Shown one piece after another: positions 24,833 through 35,838 of a stretch of DNA of 64,000 nucleotides (the first letter of the stretch is position 1; the number at the start of each line of letters is the position of its first letter). The notes beneath the pieces are model-generated. The model saw only the letters and a program-made list of their open reading frames with translations, did not search any database and was not told the origin of the DNA. Both the position numbers and the translations under genes were made by a program. Source of the stretch: Candidatus Latescibacterota bacterium (GTDB lineage: Bacteria > Latescibacterota > UBA2968 > UBA8231); the NCBI GenBank assembly GCA_965197905.1, contig CBDAOB010000005.1:896001-960000 (forward strand), written 5' to 3'.

Positions 24833-25723
24833 TCACATCCCGAACTCGTTGAGCAAACCTCGCAGGTAGTGGGATCCCAATCGCAAGCATTCCTCGTAGC
24901 TGCATCTGTTGCCCCTGTCTTCGAAGACGATCGACATGTTGCCATTGAATCCGACGTCGCGGATGATCGGCATGATGCGGCGGTAGTCGATTACCCGCTC
25001 CTCTCCGCTGTCGACCCGGTAGAGTTTGGACCGTACGTAGGTGGCATGCGGCGCGGTCTGGATCATGTAGGCGTAGAAGTCGACGTCGGGGTCGCCGACC
25101 GCCTCTTTATTGGTGCCTGGCGAACCCCACCACTGACCTGTATCCAGTATATAGGTAGAGTTCTGGCGATCCACTGCTTGCAGGAGGTAGAGTATGTCAT
25201 CGCCGGTCGGGGGCACCGCCGGCGCATGATTGTGCAGACCGATGAAAACCCCTTTGTCTTTGGCATAATCAGCCACCTCCTGGAAACTGGATACGACGAT
25301 CTGCCAAAGTTTATCGCGATCTTCGGATTGATCTGGAACGCCCCCGCCGAAGATGCGAATCAACGGGGTACCCATGAGCACGGCCACGTCCACTGCATCC
25401 TTGGCGCCGGCGATGGTGGCGCGCAGCTCATCCGCCGGGAGCGGTACGCCTACAACCGTCCCCTGGGAGGTCGTCGCCGAACCCAGGAATCCGCCTTCCG
25501 GCGCCACGAAACCGATGGGTAGCCCGTAGCTGTGACACTTGTGTTTCAAGTGTAGCAGGAACTCGGATTCCCGCGACGGAAATCCGCGATAGAGCTGAAA
25601 ATCCACGAAGTCAAGCCGCAGCTCGTGAATGAGATCGACCAGAGTTTCTACTTCGGTGTAGGTGCCCGGGGTGCCGAGCTTGCGCATGGCGTTGCAGCCG
25701 AGCTTGATCATGGGCCACCTCAT
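24833..25723 (-). CDS. Sugar phosphate isomerase/epimerase (xylose isomerase-like TIM barrel)
   Basis: LIRIFGG, GLHNH, ILDTGQW, GFNGNMSIVFE. Confidence 0.85.
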   Translation of the reverse strand: MRWPMIKLGCNAMRKLGTPGTYTEVETLVDLIHELRLDFVDFQLYRGFPSRESEFLLHLKHKCHSYGLPIGFVAPEGGFLGSATTSQGTVVGVPLPADELRATIAGAKDAVDVAVLMGTPLIRIFGGGVPDQSEDRDKLWQIVVSSFQEVADYAKDKGVFIGLHNHAPAVPPTGDDILYLLQAVDRQNSTYILDTGQWWGSPGTNKEAVGDPDVDFYAYMIQTAPHATYVRSKLYRVDSGEERVIDYRRIMPIIRDVGFNGNMSIVFEDRGNRCSYEECLRLGSHYLRGLLNEFGM

Positions 25724-25835
25724 AAATGCGGTTGCAGTGCGGGGTGCGAGAATATATCATTTCTCCTCTCTCGATGCACTGTGTGCACGGTGAATCCGCA
25801 GGCAACACCCACTGCTGCCAAGAGGAAAACACTCC

Positions 25836-26966
25836 ATGGTAAAACAGCTCAACCTGCCGGAATGTTTCGCGCGACTCGGTCTAAAACCAGTGATAAACGG
25901 TTACAGTTGGGTTAGCTTTATGGGGGGCAGTATCATGCCGCCGGAGGTGATCGAAGCGATGTCGGCGGCGGCCAACTGCTATCTGAACGTGCACGATCTC
26001 AATTTGGCGGCGGGCAAGGAGGTGGCTCGTCATACCGGCGCCGAGGCCGGGCTGGTCGTTGCCAGCGCCTGTGCCGGCATGCAGCTGCAGGCAGCCGCAT
26101 GCATGAGTGGCGCTGACCCCGCAAAAGTATCCCGCCTTCCGGATTCAAGCGGCATGCGGAACGAAATCCTGCTGCCGCGCACCCACCACATGGAATACGA
26201 TCGCTCCTATCGCAGCGCCGGCGCCCGATTGGTGGAGTGGGGATCCCCGCGGGAGTGCAAGACCTGGGAGCTGGAGGATGCCATAACCGAACGGACCGCG
26301 GCCTTCGCGTACATCATGAGAAACTGGCGTCATGGAGATCTGCCACTGACGGATCTGGTGGAGGTAGCCCGCCGCCATGACCTCCCGGTGGTGGTAGACG
26401 GTTCGGGCATGATACCGCCGCCGGAGAACCTGACCCGGTACATCGAGGAGGGGGCCGATCTGGTGACCTACAGCGGCGGCAAGGGGCTGGAGGGGCCGCA
26501 GTCCACCGGCATTCTATGTGGTCGCACTGACCTGATTGAAGCGGCTCGGTTGAACATGTCCCCCATGCCGGGGGTGGGTCGGCCCGCGAAGGTGGGAAAG
26601 GAGGAGATCATAGGTCTGTTGGCGGCGCTGGAGAGGTTCGCCAGGTTGGATCACCGCGCTCGCTGGCAGCGCTGGCGGCGTATGGCGCAGACGATCGCCG
26701 ATGCCCTGAGCGACATCGATGGGCTGGCGGTGAACGTGGAAGAAGAGAATCCGCCGCGACAGGGTCCCCAACCGGTGGTTTATTTCGAGCGCGACTGGCA
26801 GGGTCCGAGCGGTCCGGAGGTTCGCGATGCCCTCATCGCCGGGGATCCACCGATCTATATCGGTGCCGGAGGCTATCGGGACGAGCTCTACGTCGCGATG
26901 GTTACGCTGCAGGAAGGGGAAGAGGAGATCGTCGCTCGACGGTTGCACGAGGAACTCACCCGGTAG
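25836..26966 (+). CDS. SelA-like PLP-dependent enzyme (DgaE-like group)
   Basis: PVING...MGGS, ADLVTYSGGKGLEGPQSTG, GRPAKVGKEEIIG. Confidence 0.85.
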   Translation: MVKQLNLPECFARLGLKPVINGYSWVSFMGGSIMPPEVIEAMSAAANCYLNVHDLNLAAGKEVARHTGAEAGLVVASACAGMQLQAAACMSGADPAKVSRLPDSSGMRNEILLPRTHHMEYDRSYRSAGARLVEWGSPRECKTWELEDAITERTAAFAYIMRNWRHGDLPLTDLVEVARRHDLPVVVDGSGMIPPPENLTRYIEEGADLVTYSGGKGLEGPQSTGILCGRTDLIEAARLNMSPMPGVGRPAKVGKEEIIGLLAALERFARLDHRARWQRWRRMAQTIADALSDIDGLAVNVEEENPPRQGPQPVVYFERDWQGPSGPEVRDALIAGDPPIYIGAGGYRDELYVAMVTLQEGEEEIVARRLHEELTR

Positions 26967-29343
26967 CTTGGGGCCGCAGCTCCTGTCTTGTTTCCGCTTC
27001 CGCGGCAATCTGTTTCCAGTCCCAGAGCTGCGGAATATACCCGACGTTCGCCCACGTCTCCGCCTGATCGGCGTAGTGCGGACTCCCGGGGTGACCCGAA
27101 GCCCCCAGGGGTACGATCCACAGCGATCTGGTCCAATCTGACGGGTCGTGGATGTAGCGGTTGACCGACATCCCGGTGGCGGTGAAATCGCCGTCGGAGA
27201 CTCCCCCACCGGACAAGGGGGTATCCCCGCCGCCGTTCATCGAGTAACTGCCCGCCAGAGGGGTATCGCCCCCTCCGTGTACGGCCAGTCCTGGCGGATC
27301 AAGCAGCTTCGCGGCAGCGGCGAAACGAGCCGACAGCGGGTGCCGAGGATCGGTGCGGTGCAGCTGCCCCCAGTGCCAGCTCGACATCTCCACTCCCAGT
27401 CGATCCGCCAGGTAAACAACCGCTTCCTGCAGTGCCTGTGCCGCCAGCTTTTCCCAGGTGATATCAGCGGGCAGCAGCCCGCGATCGTCCTTCTCCAGGG
27501 CCAGGTGCATCTCCAGGGCCAGCTGGCGCAGGTGCACGTCTGCACCTGGTTCATCCGAAAGCAGCAAAGCGGCCGTTTCACCGAAGAGCTCGGACGCCAA
27601 CCACCGGATCATCTTACCTTGAACGACCGCGTAGATGGCGGGAGCCGCCTGTTCTCGGTGCAACCGCATGTCCCATTGGCGGAGGAGATTCAACGCTTGA
27701 GCAGATGCCTCGTCCAAAGGCTCGCAGCGCAACAATACCCGAGTCAACACCTGGGCCGGTATCGATAGCGAATCGGCATGAATTCGTCCCATGGTATCGA
27801 TGTCACCGGCCTCGTCACGAAGCGACAGCAAGTGTGATTGGATGCGCCGTGCGCGAAATTCGAAAGCGAAGATCAGACCCACGTAATACGGGTATTCGCT
27901 GCCCGCTACCCGCTGGTTGCAGGTAACGGCGTAGCCGCACTCGGGATTGATCGCCCGCGGCAGCTCCGCTTGTGGAATGTATCCTTGCCACTCGTGGTTG
28001 CCATCCCAACCGGGTACGGCGCGCCAACCGTTGGCCACCCCGCGGATCGGAATCTTGCCCTCGTGCAGATAGCCGAAACTTCCGTCCACGTCGGCCACGG
28101 CGTAATTGTTGACGCGGTCGGTCCAGCTGCCAAAGGCCGTTTCCAGGGCCTTCACGCTGTCAGCTTTCATCAGCTCGAGAGCGGCATCCAGCCAGGGGGT
28201 ACCCTCCTTGAGGCCGGGATCGCTGATGGCGATACCCCAGCCGTCCCGCGGCCGACCGGCAATCACCGGGCCGTGGTGCGTGATCGTCACCTCCACCTCT
28301 TCGTCGGCGTTGTCGTGAACACGGATAATCTCCGGCAGCACCTGCGCCGGGCGCCAGGTCTGCTCGAACTCATACTCCCTTCCGGTGGCGGTCTCGCGAA
28401 AGCGCTCGACGAACAGGTCCTGGGTGTCGGCGGAGCCGTAGGTCATGCCCCAGGCGACGCGCTCGTTGTGGCAGAAATGCAGCGCCCCTGGAACCCCGGG
28501 CAAGGAGCTGCCGATCACGTGGAGCCCGGGGCAGGACAGGTGCACCTGGTAGTAAACGGAAGGAACGTCGAGGCCGCGATGGGAGTCACCGCAAACCAGC
28601 GGCAAGCCGGACCTGGTGAGCTTGCCCGAGATCGACCATGCGTTGGAGCCGACATCCGTTTCGCGCAGCCAGTTGACTTCGGCGGCGGCTCGGCTGAGCT
28701 CAACGAGCCCCTCTTCGCGCACGCCATCGTACTCTGTTCCCGGCGGAACGGTGAGCAGGTGGCCAGATGGGTATCCACGCAAGATAGTCGCCAGCTCCTT
28801 CGCGTTGCCCATGGCCGACAGGCGGGTGCGGAAGAGCTTCGGCTCGAAGCTGCCGATGAGGGAATTGCGAATCTTGTACACCGCCAGACAATGCCAGCTC
28901 TCCCACGGCTCTGGTTCGGTCTCCAGTAGCCGGTATTCTATTGGAAGCGTTGTGGTCGTACGGATGAAGGCGTTCACGCCGGCACCGTACGCCTCCGCCA
29001 TCTGCCGCGCTTCGTCGCTGCACACCTGGAGGTCGAGCCTGGCGGTGCGGCCCATGCCCGCCGTGCGCAACAGACGATCCCGTTCCAAGCCCGAGCTACC
29101 GACAAACTCCGACCACCGGCCCAACGCTTGATGCCGGTCGGCGTCCATGTGCCACAGGCGGTCCTGGGCAGAGGCGAACCCCTGTGCGCAGAAGAGATCC
29201 CGCTCGTTGGCGGCGGATATGTGGGGGATGCCCCACCTATCCCTGTAGATCGTTACCGCTTCGGTGAGTTCGGGAAAAGCAAGAGTCGAGGTGACGTCCG
29301 GCAGGCAGGCCTGCAGATCAACTTTGCTGGGAGGCCGTCTCAA
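26956..29343 (-). CDS. Penicillin acylase family Ntn-hydrolase (peptidase S45)
   Basis: RDRWGIPHI, QGFASAQDRLWHMD, GSNAW (N-terminal nucleophile Ser), GASGHPGSPHYADQ. No signal peptide. Start overlaps the permease stop. Confidence 0.93.
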   Translation of the reverse strand: MRRPPSKVDLQACLPDVTSTLAFPELTEAVTIYRDRWGIPHISAANERDLFCAQGFASAQDRLWHMDADRHQALGRWSEFVGSSGLERDRLLRTAGMGRTARLDLQVCSDEARQMAEAYGAGVNAFIRTTTTLPIEYRLLETEPEPWESWHCLAVYKIRNSLIGSFEPKLFRTRLSAMGNAKELATILRGYPSGHLLTVPPGTEYDGVREEGLVELSRAAAEVNWLRETDVGSNAWSISGKLTRSGLPLVCGDSHRGLDVPSVYYQVHLSCPGLHVIGSSLPGVPGALHFCHNERVAWGMTYGSADTQDLFVERFRETATGREYEFEQTWRPAQVLPEIIRVHDNADEEVEVTITHHGPVIAGRPRDGWGIAISDPGLKEGTPWLDAALELMKADSVKALETAFGSWTDRVNNYAVADVDGSFGYLHEGKIPIRGVANGWRAVPGWDGNHEWQGYIPQAELPRAINPECGYAVTCNQRVAGSEYPYYVGLIFAFEFRARRIQSHLLSLRDEAGDIDTMGRIHADSLSIPAQVLTRVLLRCEPLDEASAQALNLLRQWDMRLHREQAAPAIYAVVQGKMIRWLASELFGETAALLLSDEPGADVHLRQLALEMHLALEKDDRGLLPADITWEKLAAQALQEAVVYLADRLGVEMSSWHWGQLHRTDPRHPLSARFAAAAKLLDPPGLAVHGGGDTPLAGSYSMNGGGDTPLSGGGVSDGDFTATGMSVNRYIHDPSDWTRSLWIVPLGASGHPGSPHYADQAETWANVGYIPQLWDWKQIAAEAETRQELRPQATG

Positions 29344-30230
29344 ATCTTCTGGCGCGGGTCGAGAGCGTCCCGGAGGGCGTCACCGATGAAATTGATACAG
29401 AGTACGGCCAGCGTTATGGCGAACCCGGGAGGGACCCAGGTCCACCAGTACTTGCGCAATGCCGCGAGACTTTGGGCCGACGCCAGCATGTTGCCCCACG
29501 AAGGCGCTGGAACCTGCACGCCAACCCCCAGGAAGCTGAGGCCGGCCTCGGTCAAGATCATGGCGGCAATGCCGAGGGTGGCGCCTACGATCACCGGTGC
29601 CATGGCGTTGGGCAGGAGGTGTTTGAAGGCCATCGATGGCCAGCCGGCGCCAAGCGCCCGGGCTGCAAGTACGAACTCCCGCTCTCGCAACGAGAGCAGC
29701 TGATTGCGCAGAATACGATATATCCCGGTCCATTGTATGAACCCCAAGACCGCCATCACGGTAAACAGACTGGGGCCGAGAAGGCTCACCAAGGTCAGGA
29801 TGATGATAAACCCCGGAAAACTCATGACGACCTCGGAAAATTTCAACAGTGCGGCATCCACTTTGCCACCCAGGAAGCCGGAGATGGTACCCAATATGAC
29901 CCCGATGGAAACGGCGATGGAAATACCCGCCACACCTACCGACAGCGAGGCGCGCCCCCCATAGAGCAGGCGGGCGAAGACGTCCCTGCCGAGATGGTCG
30001 GTTCCCAGCCAGTGGGCGCTATCGGGAGGAGAGTTCCTGAGCTTGAGGCTGATCTGGTTGGGATCTTGAGGTGCGATCAGCGGCGCAAAGACGACGCTGG
30101 TGATGATCAGAGTGAATATCAGCAAGGCGCCTGTGCCCAGCCGGTGCCGCGCGAGGCGGCGCAGGAAGCGATTGTGTTGCCGCGGCTCCTCCGGCATGAC
30201 CTCGACTACTCTTTGGATATCAGAGGCCAT
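29340..30230 (-). CDS. Peptide/nickel ABC transporter permease (DppC/OppC-like)
   Basis: HWLGTDHLGRD, EFVLAARALGA, KHLLPN, NFIGDALRDALDPR. Confidence 0.95.
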   Translation of the reverse strand: MASDIQRVVEVMPEEPRQHNRFLRRLARHRLGTGALLIFTLIITSVVFAPLIAPQDPNQISLKLRNSPPDSAHWLGTDHLGRDVFARLLYGGRASLSVGVAGISIAVSIGVILGTISGFLGGKVDAALLKFSEVVMSFPGFIIILTLVSLLGPSLFTVMAVLGFIQWTGIYRILRNQLLSLREREFVLAARALGAGWPSMAFKHLLPNAMAPVIVGATLGIAAMILTEAGLSFLGVGVQVPAPSWGNMLASAQSLAALRKYWWTWVPPGFAITLAVLCINFIGDALRDALDPRQKI

Positions 30231-31213
30231 CAGCCGTCCCTCTTGGACTCTAGCCTAACCCGCGGGTCCGCGGTGGCAGTGAGTACGTCCACCAGGATAC
30301 TGGCGGCTAGCACGGCGAACGCCGAAAGCAGCGTCACCGTCATGATGATCGGGTAGTCACGACCGCGTACACCGGCGATGTAGAAGGATCCCATTCCCGG
30401 CCAATCGAAGACAGTCTCAATAACCACCGAGCCGCCAATGAGGATAGGTAGGCGCAAACCCAGGATAACGATCATCGGGATGAGGGCGTTGCGAAACGCG
30501 TGGACCAGGACCACGCGCGGTCCGGGCAAACCCTTGCTGCGTGCGGTCGTGATGTAGTCGCTCTTCAACACCTCCAACAGGCTGGAACGCGCAAATCGCA
30601 TCAGCGCGGCGGTCAGATCGAGACCCAGGATGAGGGCGGGCAGAACGAGATGGTGCAGGCGCGACACGAAGTCCGTGGCGCCGGGTGATACCCGGCCACC
30701 CAGGGGGAAGATGCTCAGCTGAATGCTGAAGACGAACAACGCCAGCAGCCCGATATAGAATGTGGGGGTGGAGATCCCCAGCATGCCGGCGACCGTCAAG
30801 ATATGGTCCGTCGCGGAGTACCGTCGCAGCGCCGAGATCGCTCCCAATGCAACGCCCAGCACCGATGAAAGCAGGAAGGCCGTGATCATGAGCTCCAGGG
30901 TGGGCCCCATACGCAAGCTGATCAGATCGGAGACCGGTCGACGGGTGGCGAGGCTGGTGCCCAGATCTCCTTTACCGAGACCCACGAGCCATTCCAGGTA
31001 GCGCACCGGCGCCGGACGGTCGAGCCCGAGCTCATGACGCAATCTGTCCAGCTCTTCCTGGGAGAATTCTACCTCGCCCTGCTGCACGCGGCTGCCGAGG
31101 ATAGCCGTGGCCGCGTCGCCGGGTGCCCATTCGAGGAAAGCAAACACGATGATGGTTATTCCCAACAGGGTGGGGATCATCGAGAGACTGCGGCGAATGA
31201 GGTATTCCCTCAT
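30230..31213 (-). CDS. Peptide/nickel ABC transporter permease (DppB/OppB-like)
   Basis: GDLGTS, DYITTARSKGL, HAFRNALIP, ETVFDWPGMG, RDYP. Confidence 0.95.
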   Translation of the reverse strand: MREYLIRRSLSMIPTLLGITIIVFAFLEWAPGDAATAILGSRVQQGEVEFSQEELDRLRHELGLDRPAPVRYLEWLVGLGKGDLGTSLATRRPVSDLISLRMGPTLELMITAFLLSSVLGVALGAISALRRYSATDHILTVAGMLGISTPTFYIGLLALFVFSIQLSIFPLGGRVSPGATDFVSRLHHLVLPALILGLDLTAALMRFARSSLLEVLKSDYITTARSKGLPGPRVVLVHAFRNALIPMIVILGLRLPILIGGSVVIETVFDWPGMGSFYIAGVRGRDYPIIMTVTLLSAFAVLAASILVDVLTATADPRVRLESKRDG

Positions 31214-31254
31214 GAATTCCTGGTTTCCGGCGAGTGTGAATCTTCAGCCATCGA

Positions 31255-32859
31255 TCACTCCACCACATCCCAAAGATGCCACCAGGTGGCGACGGGGTGG
31301 TTGTTGTTGGGAGTGAGCGGGCCGGTTTTCAAGCGTTTGCTCTTTGCGAGCAGTGGAATGGTATTCAAAATCGGCATCACCGCAACATCCTCCCAAACGT
31401 ACTCCTGCAACTGGTCATATAGCAAACGCAGCGCTTCGTGATCGAAGGTAGTGTCGATCTGAGCAATGGTGGCGTCCACCCACGGATTGGAATAGCCGAA
31501 CGCCGTCGGACTCGGACTGCCCGTACGGAAACGCAGCAACGTCGTTGGAACCACAGACCCGGTGCCCCCCACGTACAGCATGTACTCCCCCTTGAGTGTG
31601 CGCTCGCTCATGATCGCCCCCTCGACGGCCTCGACCTTGGCATTGAGTCCGATTTGCGTCCAATATCCCTGCACGATGGTGGCGATATCCAGGCGGATCG
31701 TGGCCATGTCGATATCCCGCAGGTTGATCATGAGCTCGGTCTGCATGTCGAAGTTCGCTTCGGCCAACAGTGCCCTTGCCCGTTCGGGATCGTAATCGAT
31801 CGGCCGCAGGTTCTCGTTGCGCCAGCTGATGTGCGGCACCACACCTTGGGGCACCGTGACGTCGGCGTAGGCCCCGAAGGTGGTTTCCGCGATCGTCTTG
31901 CGGTCGATGGCGTGCATCAGAGCGCGTCGAACCCGACGGTCCGACAGCGCCGGGTCTGAGACGTTCACCTGCATGGACGTCAGGTGTATGCTGCGGCCCG
32001 GTACGATGGTCATGTGGGGCATCGCCGCGATCTCGGCCGCCTGTTGGGGAGTGGCGTTAGAACCCAGGTCCAGCTCAAAGTTGCTTGAGGACAGCGCGAT
32101 CTCTTTGTCGTGAATGATAACCTCGTCGATCAATGGCGTCCCAAAGTGGTAGTCATCGTATTTCTCCAGACGAACGAACTGGAACGGAGCCGTCTCAACC
32201 AGCTTGAACGGTCCGGTGCCAGCCGCACCGGGGTCTCGCCATGTCTTGAGACCCTCCACCTTGCTGCTCTCGCCGGCGATCTCCAGCTGGTGTTTGGGCA
32301 GTATGGTGAGGTTGCCGATTGCCCACATGAAGAAGGGGGCCGGATGTGCCAGATAGAATTTGATGGTGTGATCGTCGATCACCTTCAGGCCACTGATTCC
32401 CTTCGCCTTGTGCGTCCGGTAATCGGGGGTGCCCTCAACGGCGAGGAACTGGGCCCTGTACCCGGCGGCCGGTAGATAGCGATCCATGCCGTAGAGAAAC
32501 GTGGTTTCTACATCATATGCGGTAAACCGCTTGCCATCGTGCCAGCGGACGTCGTCGCGCAGATGGAAGGTATACTGAAGACGATCCTCGGAGATATCCC
32601 AACTGTGAGCCAGGTTCGGATACTCAGCTTCGAAGTCGAGGTTGTTCTCGACCAACCGGTCGTAGACGAACCACCACGTGGGCCAGTGACCGTCGTTGCG
32701 ATGGTGCCATGGCGGAGGGGTCCAAACCTCGTTGAGCAGCGCGCAGCGGATGTAGATCCTCTTCTTGGGTGGGTCCTGATCTTCCTCGGAAGAACCGCAT
32801 CCCAAGGTGGTCGCCCAAAGTGCTAAGCCTGAAACGAGTGTTAGTAGGGTTTTGTCCAT
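31255..32859 (-). CDS. ABC transporter substrate-binding lipoprotein, family 5 (DppA/OppA-like)
   Basis: Lipobox TLGC; LAHSWDISED...YTFHLRDDVRWHDG, GTGPF, VRRALMHAIDR. Confidence 0.93.
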   Translation of the reverse strand: MDKTLLTLVSGLALWATTLGCGSSEEDQDPPKKRIYIRCALLNEVWTPPPWHHRNDGHWPTWWFVYDRLVENNLDFEAEYPNLAHSWDISEDRLQYTFHLRDDVRWHDGKRFTAYDVETTFLYGMDRYLPAAGYRAQFLAVEGTPDYRTHKAKGISGLKVIDDHTIKFYLAHPAPFFMWAIGNLTILPKHQLEIAGESSKVEGLKTWRDPGAAGTGPFKLVETAPFQFVRLEKYDDYHFGTPLIDEVIIHDKEIALSSSNFELDLGSNATPQQAAEIAAMPHMTIVPGRSIHLTSMQVNVSDPALSDRRVRRALMHAIDRKTIAETTFGAYADVTVPQGVVPHISWRNENLRPIDYDPERARALLAEANFDMQTELMINLRDIDMATIRLDIATIVQGYWTQIGLNAKVEAVEGAIMSERTLKGEYMLYVGGTGSVVPTTLLRFRTGSPSPTAFGYSNPWVDATIAQIDTTFDHEALRLLYDQLQEYVWEDVAVMPILNTIPLLAKSKRLKTGPLTPNNNHPVATWWHLWDVVE

Positions 32860-33029
32860 TTCTCAAGCCGTCTTCAAACAGCCCCATAGTCTGCTATAGT
32901 TGTCGCAGAAAGACAACGGTCACGCTATTTGTGCGTCGGTAGCGGTTTGCAAGCTTGTCAGAGTCTGCGGCCAGTGTATAGATTTCCCCAGTTTGTCGAT
33001 TAGAGATCTACAGCCCACAAGGGGAAGGA

Positions 33030-35815
33030 ATGCGGATCATGTATCACACAGACAGCAGTAAGCAACGCCAGGGCAGTCTCCTAGCGGTTTTGTTTACCGT
33101 CGCACTGCTCTTCGCCGCCACCTCGCCGGCATTCTCGGAGGTGGTCATAAAAGGGGTGGTAACTGACGCCAAAGCCGGCATTCCCCTTCCGGGTGCCAAC
33201 GTCGCTTTGAAAAACGGTCTCAGCGGCACTATCACTGATGTTGACGGAACCTTCCGTTTGGCGGTCAAGAACCTTCCGGTAACCCTTCTGGTGAGCTACA
33301 TCGGGTACGAACGACAGGAGGTCGAGGTCGGCGAGAATCAGTATTTGAAGGTCGGTCTCGGAGAGATCGAGCTGACGACCGAAGATCTCGTGGTTGTCGG
33401 TTCGCGGTTCGAGCCGCGCACGGTGATTACCTCCCCGGTTCCCGTGGACAACGTCAAGACCAGTGAGCTCGCAGCGACGGGACAGCTCACCTTCGACAAG
33501 ATGCTGACCTACGCGGTGCCTGCCTTCAATTCGACGCAGCAGACTGTTTCCGATGCCACCGCCCATTTCGATCCCGCGGACCTTCGCCGGACACGTCAAG
33601 ACCAGTGAGCTCGCAGCGACGGGACAGCTCACCTTCGACAAGATGCTGACCTACGCGGTGCCTGCCTTCAATTCGACGCAGCAGACTGTTTCCGGCCACC
33701 GCCCATTTCGATCCCGCGGACCTTCGCGGTCTGGGACCCAGCCGGACATTGGTACTCGTCAACGGCAAGCGTAAAAATCCAAGCTCTCTGGTCTACATCA
33801 ACGATACCCCCGGAAAGGGGGAAGTCGGCGTCGACATGAAGAGCCTGCCCACTGCCGCCATCGAGCGCATCGAGGTGTTGCGGGACGGTGCCTCAGCGCA
33901 GTACGGTTCGGACGCTATCGCCGGGGTCATCAACGTGGTGCTGAAGGACGCCGATTCCGGCACCGATGTTCAGGTCTTCACCGGCTCCATGGACGAAGGG
34001 GACGGCGACTTTCGCGGGTACAGCGTCGCCTCCGGATTCAAGCTGGGCAGCAAGGGGTTCCTGCACCTGACCCACAGTTTTTCGGATCACGACGAGACCA
34101 ATCGCGCTGCCAGCCCGGGCGAGGACGTCCTGTTTGGCGTCGGCGCCGACGATCCCTGGATTCAAGAAAATCCCGATCTGGGAATGAGGATCGGGCTTCC
34201 CAACCTTACTACCTCGGATATCTCCTTCAATTCGAAACTGCCCATGGAAAACAACGTCGAGTTGTACGGGTTCGGCGGCTTACAGTACCGCAACGGCCGG
34301 AGCTACGCGATGTACCGGACACCGTACTGGATACCCGATCCGCACAACATCTACCACGACGAGGGCGAGCCGTATAGCGGTTTCCATCCCACCTTCGACA
34401 CGGACGTGTTCGACCGCAACCTGGCGGCGGGCGCCCGCGGTCAAAAGCGGGGTTGGGACTTCGACATCAGTCAGGTATTTGGCAGTAACACGGTAGGTTA
34501 CACGGTGCGCGAATCGCTCAACACGGACATGGGTGCGGATACGCCGACCACATTTCGGGCCGGCGGTTACCGTTTCTCCCACAACGTCACGGATTTGGAT
34601 TTGGCGCGTCGCTTTTACAACGCCAACGTTGCGATCGGCGCCGAATTCCGCACCGAGAGCTTCCGCGCCAAGGCGGGAGAGGAGGCGTCTTACCTGGGCA
34701 GCGGCACCCAGTCCTTCCCCGGATTACAACCGCAGAACGCGATCGATGCCCATCGCTACAACGCGGGCATCTACGCCGAAGTGGCTGTCGATCTGAGCGA
34801 ATCTCTGCTCGTTGGGGGGGCCGCCCGCTTCGAGAACTACAGCGACTTCGGCGACAACACTACCTGGAAACTGAACGGGCGCTACAAGCTCTCAGAAGAT
34901 AAGATTTCGTTCCGCGCCGCCGCTTCCACAGGGTTTCGCGCCCCTTCGTTGCACCAGATCTATCTGAGCAACATTCAAACCCTGGTTTCCGGTGGTTCTG
35001 TATCCAATCAGGGAACCTTCAACAACGAAAGCACCGTACTGCGACTGCTAAAGGTACCTCAGCTTAAGGAAGAGAACGCCTTCAATATCACCGCCGGCGT
35101 CGCTTTGCAACCCTCTTCGTCGTTGTTTGTGTCTCTCGATCTCTACCAGGTGGATGTGGATGACCGCATCGTGTATTCGAGCAGCATCGCGTCGACGGAT
35201 ACCTCGACCGTTCTGGGCCGTATCCTCGAGCAGTCCAACATTACAAGCCTGAAGTTCTTCACCAACGCGGTCGACACGCGCACCCGAGGCGTCGATTTCG
35301 TCACCTCTTACTCGCGGCCAATGGGTCGCGGGCTCATGGAGTTGGACCTGGCGGCAAATCTCACCGATACGGAGATCCAGGGACAGGTCTCCACGCCCGC
35401 TCCCATTGCCGCAACCGACACGGACATCTTTGATCGCAAGGAACAATCGCGCCTGTTGTCTGCCAGGCCCGACAGCAAGGTGCTAGTTGGTCTCGCATAC
35501 GAGCGCGGTCCGCTGAGGGCGAACCTGAACAACACTCGTTTCGGCGAGGTAACCTGGAAACATGCCACCGACTCTGATAAGGATCAGACCTTCGCGGCCA
35601 AGATCATCACCGATCTAAATCTGAACTATCAGATCAACACCGTATTGGGCATCGGCGTTGCGGTAAACAACCTGCTGAACGTCTATCCGGACAAGATAAA
35701 AAGCAAAGGCGACGTGTTGACCGATCTCGGCGGAAGGTTCCAGTACCCTTGGGAGGTCAATCAGTTCGGTTTCAACGGTGTTACCGGAAGTGGCCGACTG
35801 CATGTGAGGTTTTAG
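33030..35815 (+). pseudogene. TonB-dependent receptor with N-terminal carboxypeptidase-regulatory-like domain, interrupted by a 140-bp tandem duplication (likely assembly artefact)
   Basis: Signal peptide, PLPGANV...TDVDG, plug motifs VLVNGKR and IERIEVLRDGASAQYGSDAIAGVIN, terminal Phe. Deleting 33588-33727 restores an 881-aa frame reading DLRGLGPSRTLVLVNGKR. Confidence 0.85.
33446..33727. repeat. Tandem direct duplication (copy 1 33446-33587, 142 bp; copy 2 33589-33727, 139 bp)
   Basis: The copies appear identical except for a 1-nt and a 2-nt deletion in copy 2. Confidence 0.95.
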
Positions 35816-35838
35816 ATTCCCCTCACGACACACGCATG

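Noticed and set aside
25836..26966. Calling this selenocysteine synthase selA
   Set aside because: Shorter than true SelA, lacks its N-terminal domain, and no selB/selC/selD nearby. It fits the SelA-like/DgaE group.
32899..32917. Hairpin GTTGTC-gcagaaa-GACAAC upstream of the TonB receptor as a riboswitch or terminator
   Set aside because: Only a 6-bp stem with no U-tract, and no cobalamin or TPP riboswitch consensus recognised.
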